Shown: positions 20,804 to 31,363, numbered from the stretch's first letter. The stretch is DNA of 64,000 nucleotides from an uncultured Chloroflexia bacterium (GCA_963825525.1 CAWGTN010000002.1:1376001-1440000), one strand, 5' to 3'. Numbers and translations: made by a program. Notes: a model not told the origin generated them from the sequence alone.

Positions 20804-22290
20804 TTGGCCGAGACTCAGCGATCCGTGCTTGTCGTCGACGATGACGCCGATATCCGCAAGCTGCTCGAGGACCTCCTGACCGAGGAGGGTTACGCGGTCC
20901 GCCTGGCACCCGACCGGCGCCGAGGCGGCCGAACAGATCACCGCGGACCTCCCGGACCTCGTGCTGATGGACGTCAAGCTCCCCGACCAGGACGGCATCA
21001 CCCTGCTTCGGCAGCTGAAGCGCGAGCACAGCGAGCTCGAGGTCATCGTGATGACCGCGTTCGGCGGCAGCTCGAGCGCCATCAAGGCCATGGAGCACGG
21101 GCGCGTATGACTACGTCACGAAGCCCTTCGAGATCGACGACCTGCTGGCCACCTTCAAGCGCGTGTTCGAGCACGCCGACATGAGCAACGAGGTCAGCGC
21201 CCTTCGCCTCGAGCTCGGCAAGCGCGAAGCCGAGCGCGAGCGGATCGTCGGCAGCAGCAAGCCGATGCTCGAGGTCTTCAAGCTCATCGGCAAGGTGGCC
21301 CCGTCGGACGCAACCGTCCTGATCACCGGGGAGTCGGGCACCGGCAAGGAGCTCATCGCCGAGGCGCTGCATCGGGCCAGCAAGCGCAACCCGCATCCGC
21401 TCGTCAAGGTGAGCTGCGCCGCGCTGCCGGAGTCGCTGCTGGAGACCGAGCTGTTCGGCCACGAGAAGGGCTCGTTCACCGGCGCCATGACCATGCGCAA
21501 GGGCCGATTCGAGAGCGCCAACAAGGGCACGATCTTCCTCGACGAGATCGGCGAGATGACGCTGGGCACCCAGACCAAGCTGCTGCGCATCCTCCAGGAG
21601 CGCGAGTTCGAGCGCATCGGCTCCAACACGCCGATCAAGATCGACATTCGCGTCATCACGGCCACGAACCGCAACCTCGCCGATGAGGTCAAGAACGGCA
21701 AGTTCCGCGAGGACCTCTACTACCGGCTGAACGTCATCCACATCCACATGCCGCCGCTGCGCGAGCGCAAGGACGACATTCCGCTGCTGGTCGAGCACTT
21801 CCTGGTGAAGTTCCGTCACGCGGCGGGTGCCATCCCCACGGCCATCAGCGAGGAGGCGCTCGAGCGGCTGGTCGACCACGACTGGCCCGGCAACGTGCGC
21901 GAGCTCGAGAACGCGATCGAGCGGGCCGTGGTGCTGTCGCGGGGCAACCCGATCACGGTTGAGCACCTGCCGTTCAGCGAGGATCGCGGGGCCCCGGAGC
22001 GTGCCACGTTCGCGGAACGGCGAACCAAGCTCGAGGGTGACGAGGCCGCGCTCTCCGGTCGGCGCGACGCCCTCGACGCGGACGAGGCCGACGCCGATGC
22101 GCGGGACGCCGCCGACACCGAATCGAACGGCGATGGTGCGTTCAAGGCGCAGGTGTCGGCGCTCGAGCGACAGCTGATCAAGGAGGCCCTGGATCGGGCC
22201 GGCGGGAACCGCTCGAAGGCCGCCGAAGACCTCGGGATCTATCGGCGCCTCCTGTACGCCAAGATCAAGGAATACGGGCTGGGCGAGTAG
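20804..22290 (+). CDS. NtrC/AtoC-family sigma54-type response regulator (frameshifted near 20915 and 21100)
   Basis: Receiver VLVVDDD/LMDVKLP/KPF, GESGTGKE, ELFGHEKGSFTGA, WPGNVREL, Fis HTH. Confidence 0.9.
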
Positions 22291-22351
22291 TAGTCCGGCG
22301 TTTTCGGGCTCGGGTCCGGGGCTCGGGTCCGGGGTCGGGGCTCGGCGTCTT

Positions 22352-22526
22352 CGATATATCGCGGGAAATGCACAGGAACGGTCCGCCGCCGCGCCGTTCC
22401 CTCGATACTTCGAGCGCCTCAACGCTGGAAGGGCTCGCGGGCGCGCACTTTACGCTCCGCAGCACTCGATAGATCGCGGGTTCCGCCCTCGAACACGCCG
22501 CCAAGTGACAATCCCGCGATCTATCG
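22352..22526. repeat. Four-core array (family 1)
   Basis: Cores at 22352, 22403, 22467, 22517 (51/64/50); perfect inverted repeat CTCGATAGATCGCGGG / CCCGCGATCTATCGAG. Confidence 0.88.
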
Positions 22527-22582
22527 AGCTGAGCGGAACCTGGTAAGCGGCCGAAAATTGGCGCCCGCCACACTTCCAAGGC

Positions 22583-23284
22583 ATGAGATCCCGTAGCAGC
22601 CGACGAAGAGCGCGCGTGCAGAGCGAACGCATCGGCGCAGAGATCACGCTCGCGCGGACGACGTTGGCGATGTCGGCGGAGCGGGTTGCCGCGAGAGCCG
22701 GCGTATCGTCGTCGACGGTGTGGCGGATCGAGCGCGGAGAACCGGGCCTGACGCTCACCTCCATTTCCGCCGTGGCCGAGGCCGTCGGACTCGACCTCGT
22801 GCTCCGGGTGTACCCCGGAACCCCGCCTTCACTGAGGGACACGGGACAGCTCGAGCTCGCTGAGCTCATCGTCACCCGCGCCGCGCCGACTTGGCAGCCG
22901 ACGATCGAGCTGCTGGTCGGTCAGCACGGTGAGTCCATCGACCTTGCGCTGTTCGGCTCACTCGAGGTTTGGGCCGTGGAGATCGAGCGCATGGCAACGG
23001 ACTTCCAGGCTCAGTATCGAAGGGCCGATCAGAAGCGAACGACGTTGGCGGCGGGGCATCAGCGCCAGACGCGTCTCGTGATGGTGGTCGAGGACTCGCG
23101 TCAGAATCGGCGGGTGATGGGAGCGCACCGGGATCTGATCGGACGAGCGCTTCCGGCGGGCTCGCGCGAGATCTTCCAGGCACTGGAACGCGGCGTGCCG
23201 CTGGGCCGCGACGGGCTGCTGTGGGTTCGCCGGCCTCGCAGGCCTCGCAGGGCTGGGCCAATCCCAGCGGGGTCTACTCGATAG
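22583..23284 (+). CDS. XRE-HTH protein with putative PD-(D/E)XK-like domain (paralog 2)
   Basis: Colinear with 19729..20427: AGVSSSTVWRIERG, LRDTGQL, IDLAL..VEIER, DFQAQYRR, DGLLW. Confidence 0.82.
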   Translation: MRSRSSRRRARVQSERIGAEITLARTTLAMSAERVAARAGVSSSTVWRIERGEPGLTLTSISAVAEAVGLDLVLRVYPGTPPSLRDTGQLELAELIVTRAAPTWQPTIELLVGQHGESIDLALFGSLEVWAVEIERMATDFQAQYRRADQKRTTLAAGHQRQTRLVMVVEDSRQNRRVMGAHRDLIGRALPAGSREIFQALERGVPLGRDGLLWVRRPRRPRRAGPIPAGSTR

Positions 23285-23453
23285 ATCGAGTGCAAGTGCA
23301 CGTGAGGGCCCGTCTGAGTGCCGTTCCCGCGATATATCGACTGTCGCTACGCTTAAGCCGCACTCGGACGGGCGCTGCACGCTCCCAGCCCTCCGATATA
23401 TCGAAGGAACGCCGCGCGGATCGGCCTCTATGGGAACTGCCCGCGATTTATCG
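23279..23453. repeat. Four-core array (family 1)
   Basis: Cores at 23279, 23330, 23394, 23444 (51/64/50); the first core contains the TAG stop of paralog 2. Confidence 0.88.
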
Positions 23454-23539
23454 AGAGAATCGGGCCCAGCACAGCCCCGGTGGTATCCTTCTTGCCACTC
23501 CAACAGGCACGAAACACCACGAAGGGCGGAAATTTCCCC

Positions 23540-23848
23540 ATGTTCAGCCGCGTTCGAATCGCGATCAGATTCTTCTTCGTCGGGCTGGCCGTCGGAGTGC
23601 TCCTGGCCCCCCGCAGCGGCGAGGCAACTCGCCGAATGGTGCGTGAGAAGGCCGACCGCATCCTCAACGACGTCCTGGATGCTGCCTCGCTCGGCACCGT
23701 CGACACCGGAGGCGAGGGTATCGACGAAGAGGCCGATGCACCACGCCGCGCCACGCGCTCCGCGAACGGTGGCCGCACCAAGAGCCGTGCCGCCAGCACC
23801 AGCGCGAGCACCGGCGCAGGCACGAGCACCAGCGCCCCGGCGAGCTGA
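23540..23848 (+). CDS. YtxH-like protein
   Basis: FFVGLAVGVLLAPRSGEATR motif. Confidence 0.75.
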   Translation: MFSRVRIAIRFFFVGLAVGVLLAPRSGEATRRMVREKADRILNDVLDAASLGTVDTGGEGIDEEADAPRRATRSANGGRTKSRAASTSASTGAGTSTSAPAS

Positions 23849-23876
23849 GCCACCAACCTCAGACGTGATCTGACCG

Positions 23877-24568
23877 ATGCGCTGGCCGCGTTCCCCGCGG
23901 CCTCGCAATTCGGAGGAACGTGCCGCCCGCGATCGGGAGCGGATGGTGTCGGATCAGCTCGTGGCGCCGCGGGATCACCGACCCGGAGGTGCTTGCCGCC
24001 TTCGAGCGGGTTGAGCGCCATCGGTTCGTGGACGACGGCGACCCCTACGGGGACCACGCCCTTCCGCTCGGCTCCGGCCAGACCATCTCCCAGCCGTACG
24101 TCGTCGCGCTGATGACCGCCGCGGCACGACCCGCAACGGGTTGGGCCGATGCCCCGGTCCTCGAGATCGGGACCGGCTCCGGGTACCAGGCGGCCATCCT
24201 GGCGCGAGCTCGGGGCCAGGGTCGTCAGCATCGAGCGTCACGCGGACCTGGCGGACTCGGCGCGCCGGCACCTGGCGGAGACGGGCCACGGCGAACGTGT
24301 CGCGGTCATGGTCGGTGACGGCAGCCAGGGATGGGTGACGGGCGCGCCGTATCGGGCCATTTTGGTCACCGCCGGTGGCCCTGCGGTGCCACCGCCACTG
24401 CTCGAGCAGCTTGATGAGATGGGCGGGCGGCTCGTCATGCCCGTCGGCGACCGCGAGCACCAGGTGCTGACGCTGGTCGAGCGGAACGGCGAGGAGTTCA
24501 CGACCCGAGACCTTGGCGCGGTCGTGTTCGTCCCCCTCATCGGCGAGCATGGTCACTCGGCGAGATAG
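23877..24568 (+). CDS. pcm: Protein-L-isoaspartate O-methyltransferase (frameshifted)
   Basis: [35 protein letters not shown] across frames. Confidence 0.9.
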
Positions 24569-24637
24569 CGGTCGTGTGGTTACTGGCACACGGCGTGCAT
24601 CGGTTAGCGTGAACGCCCAACTCCCTTCCAGGAGAAC

Positions 24638-25165
24638 GTGACCGTGACCTACGACAATCGCAACGATCCGCGCGACCCCGTGGACCCGGCTGATCCGGTG
24701 AATCCGGTGGACAGCGAGACCCGCGTGGTCGAGCGCCAGACCTACGTCGAGCGCGAGCGGCCGGTGGCCGAGCCCGTCGCCGCACAGCCGGCCGCCGCAC
24801 AGCCGGCCGGCAGCCAGGTGAACGTGAACTCCGGCCAGCCGACGTACGTGGAGCCCGTGAGCGGCGGACCGCTGTACTACGTTCGCCGCGTGCTCTCGCT
24901 GCTGTTCGGGATCCTGGCCGTCCTGCTCGGCCTGCGGATCCTGATGCTGCTCCTGGTTGCGAACCAGCAGAACAGCATCGTTGACTTCGTCTACGGCGTC
25001 ACCGAGCCGTTCGTCGCGCCGTTCCGCGGCATCTTCCAGTTCAACGAGGTTCGGGCCGGGGACGCAACGCTCGACGTCGCAGCACTCGTCGCGCTGATCG
25101 GATGGCTGCTCGTCTACCTGCTGCTCATGGCGATCCTGCGGCTGGGAGATCGCGACCGGGTCTAG
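24638..25165 (+). CDS. YggT-family membrane protein
   Basis: FVYGVTEPFVAPFRGIF, LDVAALVALI. Confidence 0.75.
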   Translation: MTVTYDNRNDPRDPVDPADPVNPVDSETRVVERQTYVERERPVAEPVAAQPAAAQPAGSQVNVNSGQPTYVEPVSGGPLYYVRRVLSLLFGILAVLLGLRILMLLLVANQQNSIVDFVYGVTEPFVAPFRGIFQFNEVRAGDATLDVAALVALIGWLLVYLLLMAILRLGDRDRV

Positions 25166-25173
25166 GACCGGGT

Positions 25174-26466
25174 CTAGAGCGGGGGCAGCTCCAGCGCGCC
25201 GCGCTGCGAGGGCCGCTGGGCGCCTACCTCGGCGGCTCGCCCGGAGCCGATGACCCCGGCCCTCGCCAGCTCCTCGTCGTAGACGGCCTGGATCCGCCGG
25301 ACCTGGGCATCGATGCTGAACCGCCCGGCCACGGTGGCATACCCCGCGCGGCCGATCCGCTCGCGCAGCGCCGGGTCGGCCAGCAACCGGCCGATGGCCG
25401 CGGCCAACGCGTCAGGATCCGAGGGCGGGACCAGCAGGCCGTCGACGCCATCGGTGATGACCTCCGGGATGCCGCCGACCGCGGAGGCCACCACCGGGCG
25501 GCATCGGGCCATGGCCTCGAGGATCGAGATGCCCTGGGCCTCGCGCAGGGACGGAATGACGGCCACGGTGAGATCCCCGGTGAGCGAGGCGATGTCCTCG
25601 CGTCGCCCGGTGAAGACGATCCGCCCCGCGACCGCGGGGCCCGAGAGCAGCGGCTCGCTCGCGCAGCGCATCGGCCTCCGAGCCCTCGCCGACGATGGCA
25701 AGCCAGGCATCGGGCGCCGCGCGAAGGATGGCCGGCATGGCGTCCACCAGGTGACGCTGCCCCTTCTCCGGCTCGAGCCGGGCGACGACGCCGACCAGCG
25801 GCGCGTCGGCCGGAATGCCGAACTCGTCACGGATCCCGCACGGCGCCGGCGCCACCGCGAAGCGCGAGAGGTCCACGCCGTTCGGAATCACCGAGAACGC
25901 GCGCCCCGACCCGCCCCTCGGCCCGGACCTTGCGCCCGATCGAGTCCGACGGGACGATCAGCCGATCCATCCGCGGCGTCAGCTGCGCGAGCAGCTCGGT
26001 ATCGGCCGCCGATCGCACCCGGGACGAATGGACGGTGGCCATGATGACCGGCGTGCCGGCCGCGACGGCCGCCTGCGTCCCGATGACCTCGGCGCGATAC
26101 ATGTGGGCGTGAACGAGGTCGACCTCGTGCCGTTTCATCCAGGCGGCAAGCTCGGGGACTGCACGTCCGTCATCGGGTTCGTAGAGGATGTCGACCGCGA
26201 CGCCCAGGCGCCCGGAGCCGCTGCACGGCCGAGCCGGCGGAGAGCGAGAGCGCGCGAACGTCGTAGCGCGAACGGTCCAGCCGCAGGAGCAGGCCGGTGT
26301 ACGACTCCTGCGCGCCGCCGTTGCCGCCGGTGGCCAGCAGCTGGAGGATCCGTGGTCGCGGATGGCTCTTTGACCGATGAATGCGACGGTGCCTGGTGTA
26401 CGTCGCCCCGGCGATGGCGCCCTCGTGATCGGGCGATCCTGCCCGCGTGGGGCGCTTGCTGTTCAC
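25174..26466 (-). CDS. Family 4 glycosyltransferase (frameshifted)
   Basis: GGAQ, LVHAH, IPNGVD, VARLEPEKG, EAQGISILEAMA, VGGIPE across frames. Confidence 0.88.
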
Positions 26467-26553
26467 CGCTCGATCGTACGGACGGCCGCTCTGCCCGTCA
26501 AAGCGCTCCCCCGCGGCAGTACCAATGACTCATGGCCGCCGAGCGGGCAAGCG

Positions 26554-26952
26554 ATGTTCACTTCGCTCATGCGGTGGATCAGCGATGGCGCACCGATCGA
26601 GCGAATGATCGAGCGCTCAAGCCGATTGACGGGGGACGAGCTCCGCGCGCTCGCCGAGCGCTACGACGACCAGCTCAGCCACTCGCTGCGTGCCCCGGTC
26701 GCCGCGGATCTCAGCTTCGGCATGGCGTGGGACATGCTGCCGCCGCAGGTCCATGGCCTGTGCGACGTCGTGGCCGATGCGGCCCGCCGGGCCGGACTGC
26801 CGCCCCCGGTGGCGATGCGGGCCTGGCAGGCCATCGCCGATGCCATGACCGCGCGCCTCTTCCCCGACCTGCCCGCGCCGTCGATCGAGGCGCTCGACCG
26901 GCCGTGGCACGAAGTCGCGGACGCTCAGTCGGCCTGGTGCCAGGTGTCGTAG
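26554..26952 (+). CDS. Hypothetical helical protein
   Basis: ORF with host-like codon use between GT4 and the metF-like gene. Confidence 0.5.
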   Translation: MFTSLMRWISDGAPIERMIERSSRLTGDELRALAERYDDQLSHSLRAPVAADLSFGMAWDMLPPQVHGLCDVVADAARRAGLPPPVAMRAWQAIADAMTARLFPDLPAPSIEALDRPWHEVADAQSAWCQVS

Positions 26953-27722
26953 GCCTCGCCGACGACCGTATCGAAGCGCAGGCCCATCAGCACGATCCCG
27001 GCGAACCCCGCTTCGCGAGCACGCACCGCTGCCGCCTTCGCCGCCCGCCAGCCTTCCGCGCGTGCCTCCTTTTCGCCCAGGCCGTGAAGCCGTCGGCGCA
27101 GGTCGTCGGTGATCGGGATGGCGCCGACGGACTCCAGCCGCCGCACCCAGCGCTCGGTGAACGGCGGGGTGATCTCGAGGTAGACCGGCGGGTCCTCCGG
27201 CCGCAGCTCGAGCCGATCCGCCACTTCCTGCACGGTGTCCGGGTCCATGACCGGACCGGTGGTCAGGAACTGGGCACCAACGTCAACCCGGCGGCGGAAC
27301 ATCCATCGGCGTGATCGGGTGCTCATCCCGACCTCGAACTCGACCGGCGAGACCGACGGCTGGAGCTTGCGCAGGTACTCGACGATCTCGTAGCTGTTGC
27401 TCCAGTGCTCGACCTCGGGAAGCATGTCGCCCTGCACGACCAGGAACGAGGTCACGCCGTTCGCGATGGCGCCGCGCACCTCCGACTCGATGGCCAGGAT
27501 GTTCCGATCGCGGGTCGAGCACACGACGGTGGGCCGAACCGCCGGGACGTCATGGGTGATTCGGGCGGCAAACGAGTACGGCGAGACGCGGACCTGCTTG
27601 AACGGGTTGTCGGTGATCAGCACGTCACGCCACCGACCCCGCAGCTGGAGATGGGTCATGCTCGGGAGGCGAGGCGGGTTCACCTCCACCATCTCCACCC
27701 AGTCGCGCCCCTCGGACAGCAT
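26925..27722 (-). CDS. Methylenetetrahydrofolate reductase-like protein
   Basis: ITDNP, STRDRN, VVQGD, GAQFLTT; coupled to metE. Confidence 0.72.
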   Translation of the reverse strand: MLSEGRDWVEMVEVNPPRLPSMTHLQLRGRWRDVLITDNPFKQVRVSPYSFAARITHDVPAVRPTVVCSTRDRNILAIESEVRGAIANGVTSFLVVQGDMLPEVEHWSNSYEIVEYLRKLQPSVSPVEFEVGMSTRSRRWMFRRRVDVGAQFLTTGPVMDPDTVQEVADRLELRPEDPPVYLEITPPFTERWVRRLESVGAIPITDDLRRRLHGLGEKEARAEGWRAAKAAAVRAREAGFAGIVLMGLRFDTVVGEAYDTWHQAD

Positions 27723-29899
27723 CAGTGAGCTGCGCGAAGCTCGCGCGCGGCCGACACCATGTCACCCAGCTGCTGCTCGATCTCGTCCCAGCGACGGGTC
27801 TTGAGCCCGCAGTCGGGATTCACCCACAGATCGGTCGTGTCCATGAACTCGCGGAAGTGGTGGAGCCGATCCGTCATGACCTCTCGACCCGGCGTATGCG
27901 GCGAATGGACGTCGAAGACGCCGGGGCCGATCTGGAGGTGGCCATCGGTGAAGAGGCCGTAGAACTGGCGGATGTAGCTGTCGTCCTTCGAGCGGCTGAA
28001 CTCGACCGATGCCACGTCCACGCCGGCGTCCGACCACAGCGGCACGATATCGCCGAAGTCTCCGTAGCACATGTGCGTGTGCATCTGGACGTTGGCCGGC
28101 TGGTTGAACACGTGGTTGAGCGAGGCTCGCACGCCGCGGGCGTAGACCTCGCGGAGTCGCGGGGCATCCTCGGTGGGAAGCGGCCAACGCTCGCGGACCG
28201 CGGGCTCGTCAACCTGGATCACCCGCGCGCCGGCAGCCACCAGATGGCCGACCTCTTCGGCAATGGGGTGCCCGACCGCCCAGAAGAGCCGATCATCCGG
28301 CACGCCCGGAGGTCGGAAGCTCCAGTTCACGATGGTGACCGGGCCGGTGAGCATGCCCTTGACCGGCTTGTCCGTTGCGTCCTGGGCGACGCGCCACTCG
28401 TCGACGGTCATCGGCGCCGAGATGGACGGCGGCGCGGCCAGGATCGGGGCCCGGACGCAGCGCGACCCGTACGAGAGCACCCAGCCGTTGTGGGTGGTGT
28501 GGAAGCCGTCCATCTGCTCCGCGAAGTACTCGACCATGTCGGTGCGCTCGAACTCGCCGTGGACCAGGACGTCCAGGCCCATGCGCTCCTGCCACGCGAC
28601 CGAGTCGGTGATGAGGCGCGACATGGCGGCGTTGTACCCGTCACGGTCGAGCTCGCCGCGACCAAGGCTGACCCGCAGCTGGCGGACCTCGGTGGTCTGG
28701 GGAAGCGATCCGGTGGTCGTGGTCGGATAGGGCGGCAGGTTGAGATCGGCCTGTGCCTGCCGTCGATCGTCACGCGACGACCGCGTTGCCAGCGACCCGA
28801 CCTCGGGCCACTCGACGGGCGGCGGCTGCGGAACCTGAGGAGCCGTACCGTCCGCCAGCGCCGCCGGCCATGCCGCAAGGGCGCGTGCCTTCTCGCGGGC
28901 GAACTGGAACCCGGCGGGGAGATCCTCGCCCTCCACGGTGACGGGCAGGAACATCAGGCTGGTGGATGGGACGAGATGCATCAGGCGACCGTCATCCGCC
29001 CCGTCGAGCGCGGCACGGGCGTTGTCGAAGTCATCCGGCCACACGCTGCGGCCATCCATGACGGCCACGACATGCTCCGGCTGCGCGTCCCAGGCGGCCG
29101 TCCCACGCAGCGACGCGACCGCCGAGACCGGCACCTGGACCGCCAGGCCGGCGCGGCCCAGCGCCTCGACCGTCTCCGGTGAGGCCTGGCCGAACTGCAC
29201 GGTCACGATCGGTGCGGCGGCGAGGTTGAGAAGCTCGCCGGCGGTGGCATAGGCGGCGTTGCGCAGGGCGATATCGGCGGCGTCCATGACCATGCCCAGG
29301 CACGGCTCGTCCAGCTGGAGGCGGAACGACGGATCATCGGCGGCGTGATCGCGTACCCAGGTCCAGATCGCCTCGCCAGCGGCACGGGCGAGGTCCTCGG
29401 CGTCAAGCGCCGCGTCGATCTTGCTGAGCTTGATGAGCGAGTACGGGCCCAGGATGGCCCACGTGGTGTCGGCGTCGCCGGTGGGCTCGCGCCACGGCAG
29501 CGGGCGGAGGGTGGCGATCGGGCGCTCGATCTCCGGCACGACGTAGTGGTAGTTCGTGTCGAACCACTTCGTCATCTCCCAGGCCTCGCGGTCGGGCGTG
29601 CCGCGGGCCAGGTCGGTGAGCACGTCAAAGGCGTCGGCATCCAGGCGGGCGGCCTCGTTCTCGGGAGCGATCCCGAGCATCAGCGCGGTCTCGAGGACCT
29701 CGTCATAGAGGAAGTAGTCGTCAACCGCGGAGCCGATGGCGTCGCGCTGCTCGTCGAGGTGCGCCTGCCGCAGCTCGGTGATGCGGGCGGAGAATGCATC
29801 GGCATCCATGCGTCCCGACCACGCACGCTCCAGCGTGCGCTTGAGCTCGCGATTGGGACCGATGCGTGGGTAGCCGGTGAGCCGGGCGTCAATATTCAT
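27722..29899 (-). CDS. metE: Cobalamin-independent methionine synthase
   Basis: GYPRIG..RELK, EMTKWFDTNYHY, HGEFERTDMVEYF, KGMLTGP, HTHMCY, VNPDCGLKTR. Confidence 0.96.
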   Translation of the reverse strand: MNIDARLTGYPRIGPNRELKRTLERAWSGRMDADAFSARITELRQAHLDEQRDAIGSAVDDYFLYDEVLETALMLGIAPENEAARLDADAFDVLTDLARGTPDREAWEMTKWFDTNYHYVVPEIERPIATLRPLPWREPTGDADTTWAILGPYSLIKLSKIDAALDAEDLARAAGEAIWTWVRDHAADDPSFRLQLDEPCLGMVMDAADIALRNAAYATAGELLNLAAAPIVTVQFGQASPETVEALGRAGLAVQVPVSAVASLRGTAAWDAQPEHVVAVMDGRSVWPDDFDNARAALDGADDGRLMHLVPSTSLMFLPVTVEGEDLPAGFQFAREKARALAAWPAALADGTAPQVPQPPPVEWPEVGSLATRSSRDDRRQAQADLNLPPYPTTTTGSLPQTTEVRQLRVSLGRGELDRDGYNAAMSRLITDSVAWQERMGLDVLVHGEFERTDMVEYFAEQMDGFHTTHNGWVLSYGSRCVRAPILAAPPSISAPMTVDEWRVAQDATDKPVKGMLTGPVTIVNWSFRPPGVPDDRLFWAVGHPIAEEVGHLVAAGARVIQVDEPAVRERWPLPTEDAPRLREVYARGVRASLNHVFNQPANVQMHTHMCYGDFGDIVPLWSDAGVDVASVEFSRSKDDSYIRQFYGLFTDGHLQIGPGVFDVHSPHTPGREVMTDRLHHFREFMDTTDLWVNPDCGLKTRRWDEIEQQLGDMVSAARELRAAH

Positions 29900-29969
29900 G
29901 GGCGCACATCATGAAGGGAACGGACGAATCGAGCCACCCCCCTCGTGGCAGAGCTCGACAAGGACGATC

Positions 29970-31299
29970 ATGAAGATCGAATGGGTCAATCACGCCTCGT
30001 TCATCGTCGAGCACGACGGCGTGAGGATGATCAGCGATCCGTGGCTGGAGGGCCTGGCGTTCGACCACGGGTGGGCCCACCTGGTCCCGACGGCGATGCG
30101 CTACGACGACTTCGCCACGATCACCCACATCTGGATCTCGCACGAGCATCCGGATCACTTCGCGCCGCGCAACCTGCTGGCCATCCCGGAGGAGCATCGG
30201 CGTCGGATCACGCTCATGTTCCACGAAGGGGTGGACTTCCGCATCGGCGCCTTCTGCCGTAACGCGGGCTTCGGGAAGGTCCTCCAGCTGCGCTCGGGCA
30301 GATGGGAGCAGCTGGCGGGTGACCTGCGGGTGAAGTGCGCGGACCAGGGAGGCGACACCTGGATGGCCGTGCGATCGCGCGACACGACCCTCCTCAACCT
30401 CAACGATGCGATCTTCGCGTACCGATGGCGGATCCAGGCGCTGCGGCGCAAGGTCGGCGCACCCATCGACGTGCTCCTCTCGCAGTTCAGCTATGCGAAC
30501 TGGGTTGGCAACCCGGATGAGCCGATGCGCCACCGGGCGGAGGCGACCGAGATGCTGCGCCGCCTGCGGACCCAGATGGAGGTCCTGCGGCCGCGCTACG
30601 CCATCCCGTTCGCGAGCATGGTTCGCTTCTGCCATGCCGAGAACGCGTACCTCAACGAGGCGATGAACCGGGTCGAGACGGCGAGCGAGGCAATCGCGGC
30701 CACCGGGACCACACCTGTCGTGCTCTACCCCGGCGAGACCTGGGAGGTCGGTGCGCCGCACGACAGCGAGGCCTCGATCGCCCGCTACCGGCCGCATTAC
30801 GAGGCGGTAGCCGAGCAGGAGCTGGTCGAGTCGCCGTCGGTGCCGATCGAGGAGCTGCAGCGACTGGCCCAGCGGTTCTGGCGAATCATCCGGCGCCGCA
30901 ATCCCTCGTGGACGTTGTGGCTCGCGGCCAAGGCCGGGCGACTGGAGCCGACGCGAGATCTGGCTCTGGGATCACGATCGCGCGGTGGAGCTGTCGCCGG
31001 ACGGCACGCTCACGGAGGTGGGAATCGGCGAGGAGGCGAGCGACATCGCCATGGGATCGGGTTCGCTCGCCTACCAGCTCCGCTACCTGTGGGGCGGCTC
31101 CACGGTCCAGGTCAACGGCCGATACCGGGTGCCCCCGGGCGGGAGCCATGCCCGATGGCTGCGGCTCGTGAACCTCGCCACCCTCAACAATCGGGGCTGG
31201 ACACTCATGCGCTACGCGTGGGGAGCCGCCGGCCGCCAGCGCGACAAACTCGAGCGTCGCTTGGGCCGAGCATCGCGGTCGGAGCCTGCGGCGCCATAG
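29970..31299 (+). CDS. Metallo-beta-lactamase-fold hydrolase (UlaG/CMAH-like; frameshift near 30960)
   Basis: NHAS, SDPWL, ISHEHPDH, LNLND, PFAS. Confidence 0.78.
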
Positions 31300-31363
31300 C
31301 GCGCCTCGCGGTTTGTGTCGCAGCGCACCGTGTCCGCCTTGACGGGCGGCGCATCATCGCCGC

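Noticed and set aside
5020-23453. Calling the core arrays CRISPR
   Set aside because: Cores are only 10-17 bp and degenerate, spacing alternates 50/64, flanks are inverted rather than direct, and there are no cas genes in the window.
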